A stretch of DNA of 64,000 bases, from assembly GCF_006345805.1 (NCBI RefSeq), contig NC_042998.1:10788001-10852000 (forward strand), in the 5' to 3' direction. Both the position numbers and the translations under genes were made by a program. Of this stretch, positions 1-10,616 are shown in pieces; the first letter of the stretch is position 1; each line of letters opens with the position of its first letter. Below the pieces are notes generated by a model that saw only the letters and a program-made list of their open reading frames with translations, did no database searches and had not been told where the DNA came from. This DNA comes from Octopus sinensis (taxonomy: Eukaryota).

Positions 1-24
1 TTCATAACAGCTTTATGTATAATA

Positions 25-418
25 GGCGCAGGAGTGGCTGTGTGGTAAGTAGCTTGCTAACCAGCCACATGGTTCCGGGTTCAGTCCCACTGCGTGGCAT
101 CTTGGGCAAGTGTCTTCTGCTATAGCCCCGGGCCGACCAATGCCTTGTGAGTGGATTTGGTAGACGGAAACTGAAAGAAGCCTGTCGTATATATGTATAT
201 ATATATGTGTGTGTGTGTGTGTATATGTTTGTGTGTCTGTGTTTGTTCCCCTAGCATTGCTTGACAACCGATGCTGGTGTGTTTACGTCCCCGTCACTTA
301 GCGGTTCGGCAAAAAGAAACCAATAGAATAAGTCCCGGGGTCGAGTTGCTCGACTAAAGGCGGTGCTCCAGCATGGCCGCAGTCAAATGACTGAAACAAG
401 TAAAAGAGTAAAAGAGAG
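25..418 (+). mobile_element. tRNA-headed SINE, family A (full length)
   Basis: A-box-like TGGCTGTGTGG, B-box-like GGTTCAGTCC, CCTTGGGCAAG motif, internal (TA)/(TG) tract and GTAAAAGA-repeat tail. Six more copies occur in the window. Confidence 0.9.
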
Positions 419-429
419 TATATAATTAA

Positions 430-2405
430 AAAAAAATCATAGATGTAAAATATGAAGGATATATAAAAGGTATATGGATGTAGAAGTAGGTAGATAGACA
501 GATAGACAGATCGATAGAAAGATAAATGGTTCGATTGGTAGATGGACAGATAGACCGATCGATAGATAGGTAGATGGATAGCTAGGCAGATAGATGGATA
601 GATAGTTTACTCTAAATGTGGCGTGTGAGCTGGAGAGAGCCTTTATGCATGGTGTCATAGGTTATTTTGCGAGCGCATTCGAATCAATGAATCTTCATCA
701 GACTTTCTAATCTTTTCTCTCTTTCATGATGACGGCTGGCGCCAGGCGCCGGTTAAAATCCTGGAATCAGTAGATGTATTTCCATGCATATAGCTCATTA
801 TGGCAGTTCAGGCTAAGAACCTTCTTCCTAAAGAAGTGACATCTGAAATCCTGAGGTTAACTGCAACCATCCCCCACGCCAGTATCAGTTTGGGGTAATC
901 TCCACCACAGTTTTGATGGTGACGGAACACGGGGCTGAGTGGTGTAGCCTTTTGGAGATGCTCTTTCATTCTAAGGAGAAAGGTGTCTTCTGGTCAGACC
1001 TAAGTATGTCCCCACCAAGAGCACGTCATTTGGCACACAGCGTTGGATTTAAAATACAGCCAAACGCTGTCCGTTGGTTTTGCTGTTCTGATTAGACATT
1101 AGTTTAGACAGTATGCGTTCGGTGTGTTATTGATGTGGGAGAGGTAGTTTCTGAGCTTGTGCACCTTTCTCGTGATTCTGACGGGGAGGCCAGATCTTTT
1201 AATGATATTTTTTAAAACTGGTTTTCTATCCTCTCTCCGTAGTGTAGCAGATTAACTTAGACCCAGTGTTTACTTTTCTTCCGTTTTTGCCTTCTGAAGA
1301 TCTGGTCTTTGTCATTCTTCTCTTCTTCGTCAATCCTGACACTCCTTCGGCCGCTTATGGCTCTACTCTCTGCAGCTCCAGTCTGGTTACTGTAAATGCT
1401 GTCGCTACTGGTTTAGCTGCCGCTGTTGTTGTTGCCGTTGTTGTTGTTGTTGTTTTAAAATGTTGATGCTACGGTTGTCATTGTTGTCGCTGTGTTTGTT
1501 GTTGTGGTTATTGTAGTTGATGCAGTTGTCATTGTTGTTGCTGTTGATGTTGTTGCTGCTGCTGTTACCGTGGTGGTTTTTGTCGTCCCCAGCTCGTCGG
1601 CCGTTTATGGCATCGATTCTGCTATTATGTATCCGTACGATGCTAGGATTTGATAGAAGGCGAATCTGAATTCTGTGATGTTGACTGTGTTATCGGCATT
1701 CGTTGATGTGGGCTTTGCTTTTCTGTTTGGCCTTGTGTACGGTCTCATCTTGGCGCCCTTGTGCTCGTGTTTTTAGCGTGTCACACACTTTCTCTATGAA
1801 GAGTTGCCTGTATTTTCTTGTATACAGCTTCATAGCAAAATCCTACTGAATTTCCTGTTTCGTCCTCGTCATAAATGCATAGGCGGCGGTCGAGCGCGTT
1901 AAAGGCCACACTGTACTTCAACGACTTTGGATATGCCAAATCCAAGTGGAGGAAGATGTCTCTCTTCGCCTCTTTCGTGAAGATTCGGATTGTTGCATGC
2001 CTCAAAGAATAGGAGGCGATAAAATCCAAGAGGCTCAGCGAGCTATTTACGGCTGAGTGTTCAGTGTCGGGTTGGATGTTATAGTAGAAGTTTCTGAAGA
2101 AATTGTAGATCCTGGTCACCTCGCTACTGGAACAGGTTAAAACAAGGGCGTTATCGACGTATCTCCGGTAAAATGTGACGAGCCGTCCTGCATGGAGGAC
2201 CATGCAATCCAGGTCACACAAAGTCAGAGTAGCCAGAATCCCACTGAGTTTGGGCCCTATTGGGAGGGCGCTGCGTTGTCCATAGATGGTTTTTTACAAA
2301 AGAAGTAAGTGTTGGCTGCGAAGAATTTGAGGATGGATCTAAGGTTCGTGGGTAGGAAATCTGCTACTAGCTTCTGACCGCATTCCAGGCGTTTCTCAAT
2401 GGCTC
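430..2405 (-). mobile_element. Penelope-like element (PLE), 5'-truncated, decayed RT plus GIY-YIG endonuclease
   Basis: RT motifs FYRRYVDN, SLSLLD and IFTK..DIFLH.D.AYP in ORF 1781..2221. GIY-YIG remnants AVCQMTCS..TYLGLTRRHL and LRMKEH..SPVFRH near 1030-900, across frameshifts. Confidence 0.85.
1395..1575. repeat. Degenerate (GTT/GCT)n trinucleotide tract inside the PLE
   Basis: Visible directly; encodes Asn/Gln-rich sequence on the minus strand. Confidence 0.9.
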
Positions 2406-2672
2406 GTTTTGCAGTTAACCTCAGGATTAAAGAGACATGCTTCACGAGGAAGAAGGTACCTATCCAAAGCCGCCGTAATGAACTACATGCACGGAAGCAC
2501 ATCTACTGCTTTCAGGATCTTTCACTGCCACAGGCCCTGGTCATCGTCAAGAAAGAGCGAAAACGAAGCATTAAGAAAGTTTGATGGAGGATCATTGATT
2601 CGAAAACTCTCACGAAATATAACACCTATCAACAAGATTCTCTCCATGTCACACGCCACATATAAGGTAAAC

Positions 2673-2704
<32 letters not shown>

Positions 2705-2794
2705 TCTACCTATCTGTCTGTCTGTCTATCATCTATCTTTCTATCTATCTATCTATCGACCTACCTATCTGTCTGTCTATCTATCATCTATCAT

Positions 2795-2829
<35 letters not shown>

Positions 2830-2900
2830 GTCTGTCTATATATCTACCTATTTATACATCCATAAACCTTTTATATATCCTTAATATTTCACATCCGTAA
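2405..2900 (+). repeat. Inverted pseudo-LTR of the PLE (diverged inverted copy of about 430-870)
   Basis: GCAGTTAACCTCAGGATT...GGAAGAAGG...CACACGCCACAT..(TATC)n..TTTTATATATCCTT is shared with the reverse complement of 430-870. Confidence 0.85.
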
Positions 2901-3175
2901 AAGTTTTTGAAACGTTTATATCCATAAAACTAATATGAAAATTAAACCTGCCCATAGTTCCTTGTACTCTACCACTTTTTATTGAACTTTTATCGTTTAT
3001 TATATTTCATTTCACCCCCTCTATTTTACCTTCTCAACCTCTAGTACGAACGCCCTTATTCTAACTATGTTGCCTGAGATACACCAAGACAATATACACA
3101 TATACACGCGCGCGCACACACACACATACACACAACACACACACACACACACACATACACACAACACACACATAT

Positions 3176-3208
<33 letters not shown>

Positions 3209-3209
3209 G

Positions 3210-3400
3210 GTGAGCTGGCAGAAATGTTAGCACGCCGGGCAAGATGTTGTCTTTAGTTCTGAGTTCAAATTCCGCCGAGGTCGGCTTTGCCTTTCATCCT
3301 TTCAGGGTCGATAAATTAAGCCCTAGTTGCGTACTGGGGGCCATCTAATCGACTGGCCACCTTCCTCAAAATTTTGGGCCTTGTGCCTAGAGTAGAAAAG
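3210..3400 (+). mobile_element. SINE family B, short-tail form
   Basis: GAGCTGGCAGAA..GTTAGCACGCCGGGC head, GAGTTCAAATTCC B-box, CTTTGCCTTTCATCCTTTC core and GCCTTGTGCCTAGAGTAGAAAAG tail. Confidence 0.85.
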
Positions 3401-3435
<35 letters not shown>

Positions 3436-3481
3436 ACAAGCACTCATATACATACACACACATATGTTTGTGTGTGTGTAT

Positions 3482-4165
3482 GGTGGTTGTCTACTCCTTA
3501 TGCAGCATTTGACCATCTCCTGTACCTACACCTTAGCACCGTCATGGCATATGATGTGGTTTTGTAAACCAGACAAGTTCTGAAAAGACACCCACATAGA
3601 TTGCACATCCGATTTGGGCCACCAAGAGCTGTAGTTAAGTTCTGATCTCTGTGGACCTTAAAATGTCTTTTGAGGCTTCCGTTATATTTGCAAACCTTCT
3701 GGCATACACTGCATTCAAAGGTATGCACAAACATATAGGCAGAATAATAGAATAGTTGGTGGAGGTTCGTTTTCCATGGGTTCACAGATGAGATTTGAGC
3801 CCAGCAAGAGACAAGCATGGTCTGTCACAGACTGCACATAAAAAAGTCATTATCATTCACCTTCTCGATCGTTACATTCTTCCTTAGATCTCTTTTGAGT
3901 CTTACTTGTGTTATACTGGCTTCTTCAAATGCTTTCACCCCTCTCCACACTTTTGTTCGCCATCCAACTCAATCCGAAGCAAGGGTTTCTATGTTTTCTC
4001 GATCCATTCCAAGTAACTTCATAGTAGTCCTTATGCCGTCCTTAAACCTTTTTTTTTTAGGTTTACGCCGATAGCGTTTCCCCTCTGAAAAGCTCACCAT
4101 AAAACAGCTATTTCGGCATGCGTTCATCTGCCATTCGAATAATATGGCCTCACCATCACATATAT
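3482..4165 (-). mobile_element. RTE-clade LINE 3' fragment ending in three C2H2 zinc fingers
   Basis: GKRYRRKPKKKRFKD..ENIETLASD*VGWR matches the RTE C-terminal pattern. Fingers follow: FLCAVCDRPCLSLAGLKSHL*TH, FECSVCQKVCKYNGSLKRHFKVH and MCNLCGCLFRTxSGLQNHIICH (two frameshifts inferred). Confidence 0.8.
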
Positions 4166-4168
4166 ACA

Positions 4169-5409
4169 TTGGGTCACCCCATAAATAATGCGGTTTTATT
4201 TTATACCTCTTTTATTTTTCAAAATTAACATAAACAAGGTTCTTTTTTAATCTAAAGTATGCTCTTCTTAATTTCCTACAATGCTGTTCCATCTATCTAG
4301 TAGACTTTCACTTGCTCGTAATGAAAAATACTTCTCCAGTGCTGTTCTGACTTCGTCTACAGAATTCAGATTTTTTCTGTCCAAATGATTTTGAAGACTG
4401 CGGAATATATGATAATCAGATGGGGCAAAGTCCGGCGTATATGGCGGATGAGGCATCGTTTCCCATTCAAACTGCTCCAGCCTTTGGAATGTCATTCTCG
4501 CTGTATGTGGCCGAGCATTATTCTCATGGAAGAACACCTTTCGTCTTGAAATCAAAGATGGTCGTTTTTCTTCTAGCGCTGACTTAAGCCGCTCAAGCTG
4601 CTCGCTTTAGATTTCCCTTGTTATCATTTAGTTTGGGTTTAAAAGCTCAAAGTGAATTATTCCGCCAAACAAATAGCAGTACCTTACGTGGGTGAAGACC
4701 TTCTTTAGCCCGGAGTACTGGTGTTTCTACTTTCCCTACTCACTGTCTTCGGCATTTAACATTTTTGTAGAGAACACATTTCTCGTCACGAGTGACTATT
4801 CAGTCCAAAAATTCGGGAGACGTGACAGCAAAGAAGAGCACACATTCACTCTCTGCACGTGATTAGACTCGGTAAATTTGTGAAGAACCCATTGACCCAA
4901 TTTGCTGACTTTTCCGATGCCACACAGGTGTCGATTAATGGTTGAATTATCAGATCTAAGCTTCTCCGCTAGTTCCTGAACAGCTACAATGAAATATTTT
5001 TCCACTAAGTTTTGCAGAACGTCCTCGTCGAGCTCTACAGATCTTCCAGGACAAGGCTCGTCTTCAAGGCTGTAGTTTTTGGCTCAAAAGTTCTGGAACC
5101 ATCGTTGATACTGCCTTACGCTTATTGTCTGATCCCCATATGCTGCATTAATATTCCTCGCACTTTCCGTTGCATTGTTGCCTTTCTTGAACTCATAAAG
5201 CAAAATATGCCGAATATCTCCTTTGTCACCTCCATTATAGCTTTGAAAAAATAACTATTAAAATCGAACTACACACTCCAAAAGTTGCACCAAGAATAAG
5301 TACAAGGTAAAATTACCACTTGCTTTTATAACAAGTTGATGCAGTTTATTCTATCTCCCTCTAATATTCATGCAATTGAAAAAACCGCATTATTTATGGG
5401 ATGACCCTA
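4169..5409 (-). mobile_element. Mariner (DD34D) DNA transposon, near full length, inactive
   Basis: About 28-bp TIRs (TTGGGTCACCCCATAAATAATGCGGTTTT and AAAACCGCATTATTTATGGGATGACCCTA); length about 1.24 kb. Confidence 0.92.
4255..5235 (-). pseudogene. Mariner transposase with stops and frameshifts
   Basis: HILLYEFKKG, WVLHKFT (WVPHEL motif), IVTRDEKCVLY, HENNARPH and HPPYTPDFAPSDY motifs. Confidence 0.92.
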
Positions 5410-5477
5410 GCATCCAATAACACTATACTTGTTCCACGTCCTCGCGTTGTTGTACTTTCTCTTTGTTCATGTTTGGA

Positions 5478-5513
<36 letters not shown>

Positions 5514-5844
5514 CACGCATATATATAAACATATGTATATGCACGTATATGTAAGACTGTATGTATGTATCTACATGCATACTGCATTTATATGGTCCCT
5601 GGAGAAGCAAACAAACCATTACTCTCTAGGACTGAAACTAAATCTTAATTATTAAGCAAATGTGTGGTTTCTAATTCGGTTTGAAATATATATTATGATT
5701 AACATTTAATATGCGATTCAGTTGAAGGGAACAATTTTCCTTACCTTCCAAGTACAATATATAAATTCTCATACAATATATATACATATATATATGTGTG
5801 TGTGTGTATGTATGTGTGTGTATATATGTATGTATGTGTGTGTA

Positions 5845-5879
<35 letters not shown>

Positions 5880-5965
5880 ATGAGAGAAGAAAGACTTCTG
5901 CCGTCAATGTGTCATTGATCTAATTTTCTTTAGTTAACATATACATATCTCGTTGTGTATCTATA

Positions 5966-6829
5966 CAGGGTGTCCAAAAAAATGTATAGACGCATTGAAC
6001 AATTATAAAGTCAACGTTTATTAAAATGCATCTCGCTTTCAAATCTGAATAGAATCTACTAACACAATTTAAGATTTTATGAAAACCTGTTTTTCATAAA
6101 ACGCATGACTGTTTTGATTGCGCACTGCTGATTATGCGAAACAATGGAATCGCAAGCATCTAATAAAAGTTCAAGTAAATGAGAGTAATCACACTACAAG
6201 CAAAAGAGAACAGTCCAACTGATCCTTTTGATGATATGCCATACTGTCACTCCTCCTAAAGTAATTATGTTGCTCCTTTGTAATATGCAGGTTCACAAAT
6301 TTCCAGTAGAGTGCAACTGTGACAGTAAATTGAGCCATGTGATTTATATGTAGCCTCATCACTCCAAACGATCATTTTTGGAAAGTGTGCATCTTCGATA
6401 CATTATTCCGGGCACCACCAGCAAAACTCCTCAATGAGAGCATAGACTATCCTTGGAATGTAAATTTCTCCATGAAAGCACTTCAAAATTCGAAAGATGT
6501 TTCATTTTGAAAATTTTATCTCATGACTCGCATGCCACACAAATTTTCTTGAAATCTGGCGAAATATATCTAGTACCCTTTCTCATTTTGTGAGGTTTGT
6601 CAATGTCGGCCGTCTTCCGGAGCGTTTCCTGTAGTTCCATCTGCTACAAACTTATCTCTAATTCGCATAGGTGGATCTTCGCCTATTATGTCTCTTATAA
6701 TTCAGCTGTTTTCAAACTTCCGGTACTAACGACTATCACCAGTCATTATGTCAAATGTTTTAAATTTCAAATGAAATGGAAACTGAGTTATCAGCTGTTC
6801 AAGTATGAATACATTTTTGAATCACCCTG
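5966..6829 (-). mobile_element. Degenerate IS630-Tc1-mariner transposon with CAGGGTG TIRs
   Basis: TA|CAGGGTGTCCAAAAAAATGTAT versus ATACATTTTTGAATCACCCTG. Remnant peptides RIRDKFVADGT and [10 protein letters not shown] on the minus strand. Confidence 0.75.
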
Positions 6830-7032
6830 TTAACGGTTGACGTTTCACGGAACCTAGAAGGTTCTCCCCATTGGGGGCGACCTACCAACAAGAAGTCTAA
6901 TGGACAGATCAACTTTCTTCAATAAGCAACTCACCGACGTTAATATCGAATTCAAACCAATGGAAAACAACGCCCACTTGCCAGAAGTGTACGATGAAAC
7001 TCCCACTCATGGGGAGAGAGAGAGAGAGATAA

Positions 7033-7064
<32 letters not shown>

Positions 7065-8030
7065 AGAGAGAGAGAGAAGACGAAAAAACCCAGTTGATAC
7101 AAAACAAACTACAAGTAGTTCGAATTCTACCAGCAGCCAAGACAATGACTTACAACCAAAAACTACAAGAAAGGAAAGTCGCGGCTTCGCATCTGCAGCC
7201 AAAATCAACCAAGAAACTATAAACTTGGATATGGAGAACTTAACAAAATTCAAATGCCTGTTACAGAGAGATGGTACGAATATAAACCTAACCCTTCCAG
7301 CGACATAATTCAACAGACAATACGGAAATCTGAAATATTTAAAACTCTGTTACTAAAAAACAAAACAAAAAATAGAACACATTCCAAAAGAAAGTATTGA
7401 AAAAGGTCTACAGCCCATATAAGGTAAGACAACTTATGTAGCAAGGGGAAAAAATACGGCACTTTGGAGGTAAGATTCGCTTCTGAAGAAGAAGCAAAGG
7501 AACACTTCACAGTGCCTTTAAATACAAACGAGTTGGTGCTGCTACCAACGTACATGGGTCAAAATACTTCAAATAATAAAAATAGGGGAGGTCCCATCAG
7601 AAACTGACGTGGTGTGGCTTGTGGCGGCTGTGTTACTTGATCTCGGAAGCAGTATTTCCATATTGCAAGTTACAAAGCTGCACCAATAAAACTGGCGAGA
7701 GCCAAGGCCTGGAAATTACAATCCAGGCCGCCTGGATCCTCCAAGCGGCAGGGTTTGGCCCGGACTTCCGCGGTTGGATCACCGCCTTATACGGACACAT
7801 TCAATCGTTAATTCGGATGAATGGTCCTCTTTCAAAGCCGTTCAGCATCGTGCGTTCGGTCCGCCAAGGATGCACCCTATCTCCCTCTAGTACGTTCTGG
7901 TCCTTGAGCCATTACTGCAGAAATTGGAGGCCTTTATCTCGGGTGCAGTAGGTCAGTAACAACGCACGCGGACGACACCACCGTCATCGTATCCTGTGAC
8001 AAATACCTGCATCTAGTAGGCGATGCCATC
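6830..8030 (+). mobile_element. Internally deleted L1/Tx1-clade LINE (ORF1 fragment joined to an RT fragment)
   Basis: ARGKKYGTLEVRFASEEEAKEH..VLLPTYMG is homologous to ORF1 at 34050-34250. ILQAAGFGPDFRGWI..SVRQGCTLSP is homologous to the RT at 13709-14047. A (GA)n tract lies at 7013-7078. Confidence 0.85.
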
Positions 8031-8094
8031 AGGGAGAAATCCTTTATGTATAACCCGCAGTGGCAAATAAAAAATTGAATTTCTTGCCGAACAA

Positions 8095-8325
8095 CCACAC
8101 AGATGATTTGTTTATGGTGATCAAATGATTGTGTTCACATAGGCTCACTCACTCCATCAAATTGTACAGGTGTACAAATTGTACATCAAATTGTGCCCCA
8201 TGTCAGACGACGAAATGATCGCAGAGCAACGTGGAATGAAGTGCTTTGTTCAATCAAGAACACAACCCAGCGCTCGGTCTGGGGATCGAAACTACGATCT
8301 CGCAATCGTGAGTGTAACATTCTAA
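8095..8325 (-). mobile_element. tRNA-headed SINE, family D
   Basis: Head GTTAGAATGTTACACTCACGATTGCGAGATCGTAGTTTCGATCCCCAGACCG; related to the copy at 8437. Confidence 0.65.
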
Positions 8326-8436
8326 CATGCATGCGTACATACATACATACATGCATACACACGTGTATGTATGTATGTATGTATGTACGTACATACATAG
8401 TACACGTATGTATGTATGTATTTATGTATGTGTGTG

Positions 8437-8720
8437 TGGGGGACGACGCATGGATAAGTGGTTAGGGTGTTGCACTCATGATCGAGAGATCGTGGTTTCA
8501 ATTCCTAGACCGGGTTATGCGTTGGTTCTTGAGCAAACTACTTCATCTCATGCTGCTCTATGACCACTTCGAAACCTGACACGTGGCATGTTGTTGTTGC
8601 ACCTGGCGCATGCACCTGTTCAAGCAACGTCGATTTGTTGGAGGGAGTGAATGAAAGTACGGAACAGACAACTGATCACTATAAACGAATCATTTGTGCA
8701 GGTCGTTCGGCAAAAGCTGA
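8437..8720 (+). mobile_element. tRNA-headed SINE, family D (CORE-like TTCTTGAGCAA..CTTCATCTCA)
   Basis: A-box TGGATAAGTGG and B-box GTTTCAATTCC; shares head and core with the copy at 8095-8325. Confidence 0.7.
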
Positions 8721-8849
8721 ATGCACATACTACGTAGTCTTCGGCGGGAGAGTTCATTATAAACACACACACACACACATATATTGTTATGTCCCGCATT
8801 ATGACGACGTGTCTCGTCGTCTCGGCGGGACTGGCCCGAACAGCGTACC

Positions 8850-10098
8850 TCGCTGACTGTATTTCTGCATTTGGCCATACTGGGCCTAATATGGGGGGGG
8901 GGACAAACAAGGACTGACAAAGTGGGAGAAAAAACAAAGAAAACGAATGAAAAGATGGAATTGAAAAATGAAATGAATGCCCCTTGACTCCACGACCGAG
9001 TTTCTTGAATCTTTCTTTTTTACAACAAATTAAATTGCTTTTTACCATTTTTTTTCTTCTAAAACATCATCTACGCAATCAAAATACTATGATACTTGGA
9101 TCCTATTATGCGCAATTACATGCTCTTTTTCCCCCGTTTTTGTACACAATCACAAAACATTTACTTATGCTGTTAAAACATTACTGTGACAATTACTCCC
9201 CAAAATTGAGTCTAAGCTTTAACGTTACAACTACCGTTCAGTTCTATCGTCCTTGGGCGAAATTCACTCAATCTTACCTTAGGCTGTAACGAGTTCAGGT
9301 CGATGTCTCTTCCACTATAGTAGACACTTTCCTGTATTTGTCTCTTAGCTGGTGATAATTCTCCTTCAACATGGGGGAACACCTTACACTCGGGTGTAAC
9401 GCTTTACAATCCTCCGTGTCCATCTCTATGTCAGAGTTCACCATCTCAGTTTCTTTTCTCACTGAAACCTTTGCACCGTTGTATAAAACGAAAAGGTACC
9501 TTTCCCCGGGTGGGGGATTGGGAATTTGTGGCTCTTGCGTGTTCGAATTATTTGTGTTCGTGTCTGGTGGGGTAAGGAGAAGGCTGGTGTCTGCAGGGGG
9601 AGGGTGTTTGTGACGTGGAGCCGGAGGGAAAGGGTGGGGGGGAATGGATTGGGGCTCTTCACTGATTTCCTGTTTTCTTCTTTTCCTCTTCTTGCCCACC
9701 TCTCTCTATTCTAGCAAAGTAGATAGTATCCTGCTAGATGGGTCTTATTGCTTTTTCTATTTATTCTTTTGCCACTATCTTCGCCTTGTTGGATTTCGGG
9801 TTATATGTACTGAATGCAATACTTGTTTCCTTGATACATCTTCTGTTGTCGATGGCGGCTGACAGCTTCACCTCGATCGTTCTCTCTTCAACATTTCTTT
9901 GTATTTTTGCATTTCCTTTTTGTTGATACAGACTTCTTTTTTTTATCACTAGCCGCAGCTGCAAAGTCTATTTTCTTCCTTTCTTCTACTCCTTGGTCAA
10001 TCCTCTCCAGACTTCTCAGGTTCTCCTCGGACGAGGTCATAGGGGACGAACTAAGACTCTCATTGTCCGTCTTAGCATTCACAGCGATCTTCCCTTCA
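8850..10098 (-). mobile_element. Internally deleted Tx1-type LINE (ORF1-like part, short ORF2 end, 3' tail); 5' end runs into the gap
   Basis: KKIDFAAAAS resembles KKLDFAVVAG in ORF1 at about 34.5 kb. Lys/Pro-rich ORF 9295..9699. Tail CTTTGTCAGTCCTTGTTTGTCCCC..GCAGAAAT. Confidence 0.6.
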
Positions 10099-10198
10099 NN
10101 NNNNNNNNNNNNNNNNNNNNNNNNNNNNNNNNNNNNNNNNNNNNNNNNNNNNNNNNNNNNNNNNNNNNNNNNNNNNNNNNNNNNNNNNNNNNNNNNNN
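10099..10198. other. Assembly gap (100 N)
   Basis: Run of n characters. Confidence 1.
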
Positions 10199-10514
10199 AG
10201 GAAAAAAAGAAAGAAAGAGTATTGTTTTATGTTATGTTTAATAATATCGGAAATAGAAGAACAATCTTAGAGAACATAAACGGTTCAATAATAATGTGGT
10301 TAGGACGAATTAATTATGTAAATACATGATAAAAACGGACAGTTTAAAAAGATTAATGGCAATGCAAGTAATGAGGGGTGCATTCAGCCATTCATAATCC
10401 CATTATTATATAATCATCTCATCATATTCGGTCTATGTATTGTCCCGTCTGTGGTGTCCTGTCTGTCCTTGTTTGTACCCCTCTATGTTTGGGCCCTTGT
10501 GGCTAATAAAGAAA
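10199..10514 (+). mobile_element. Tx1-type LINE 3' end
   Basis: Tail GTCTGTCCTTGTTTGTACCCCTCTATGTTTGGGCCCTTGTGGCTAATAAAGAAA; the last about 25 nt match the 3' end of the LINE at 12248-15732. Confidence 0.6.
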
Positions 10515-10576
10515 CCGAGAACGGCAGATATCGAGGTTATGTGTGGTCTTCGATAATGTCTGCACCCAAAAAGCGA

Positions 10577-10616
<40 letters not shown>

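Noticed and set aside
3498-3818. Host C2H2 zinc-finger gene
   Set aside because: The fingers are contiguous with RTE C-terminal motifs and an RTE-like 3' end, so they were assigned to the LINE.
6835-6885. Three-way junction at the 5' end of the Tx1 derivative (GAAACGUC on the minus strand) as a ribozyme
   Set aside because: There is no CUGANGA-like core and no HDV pseudoknot that I could build; only two small hairpins.
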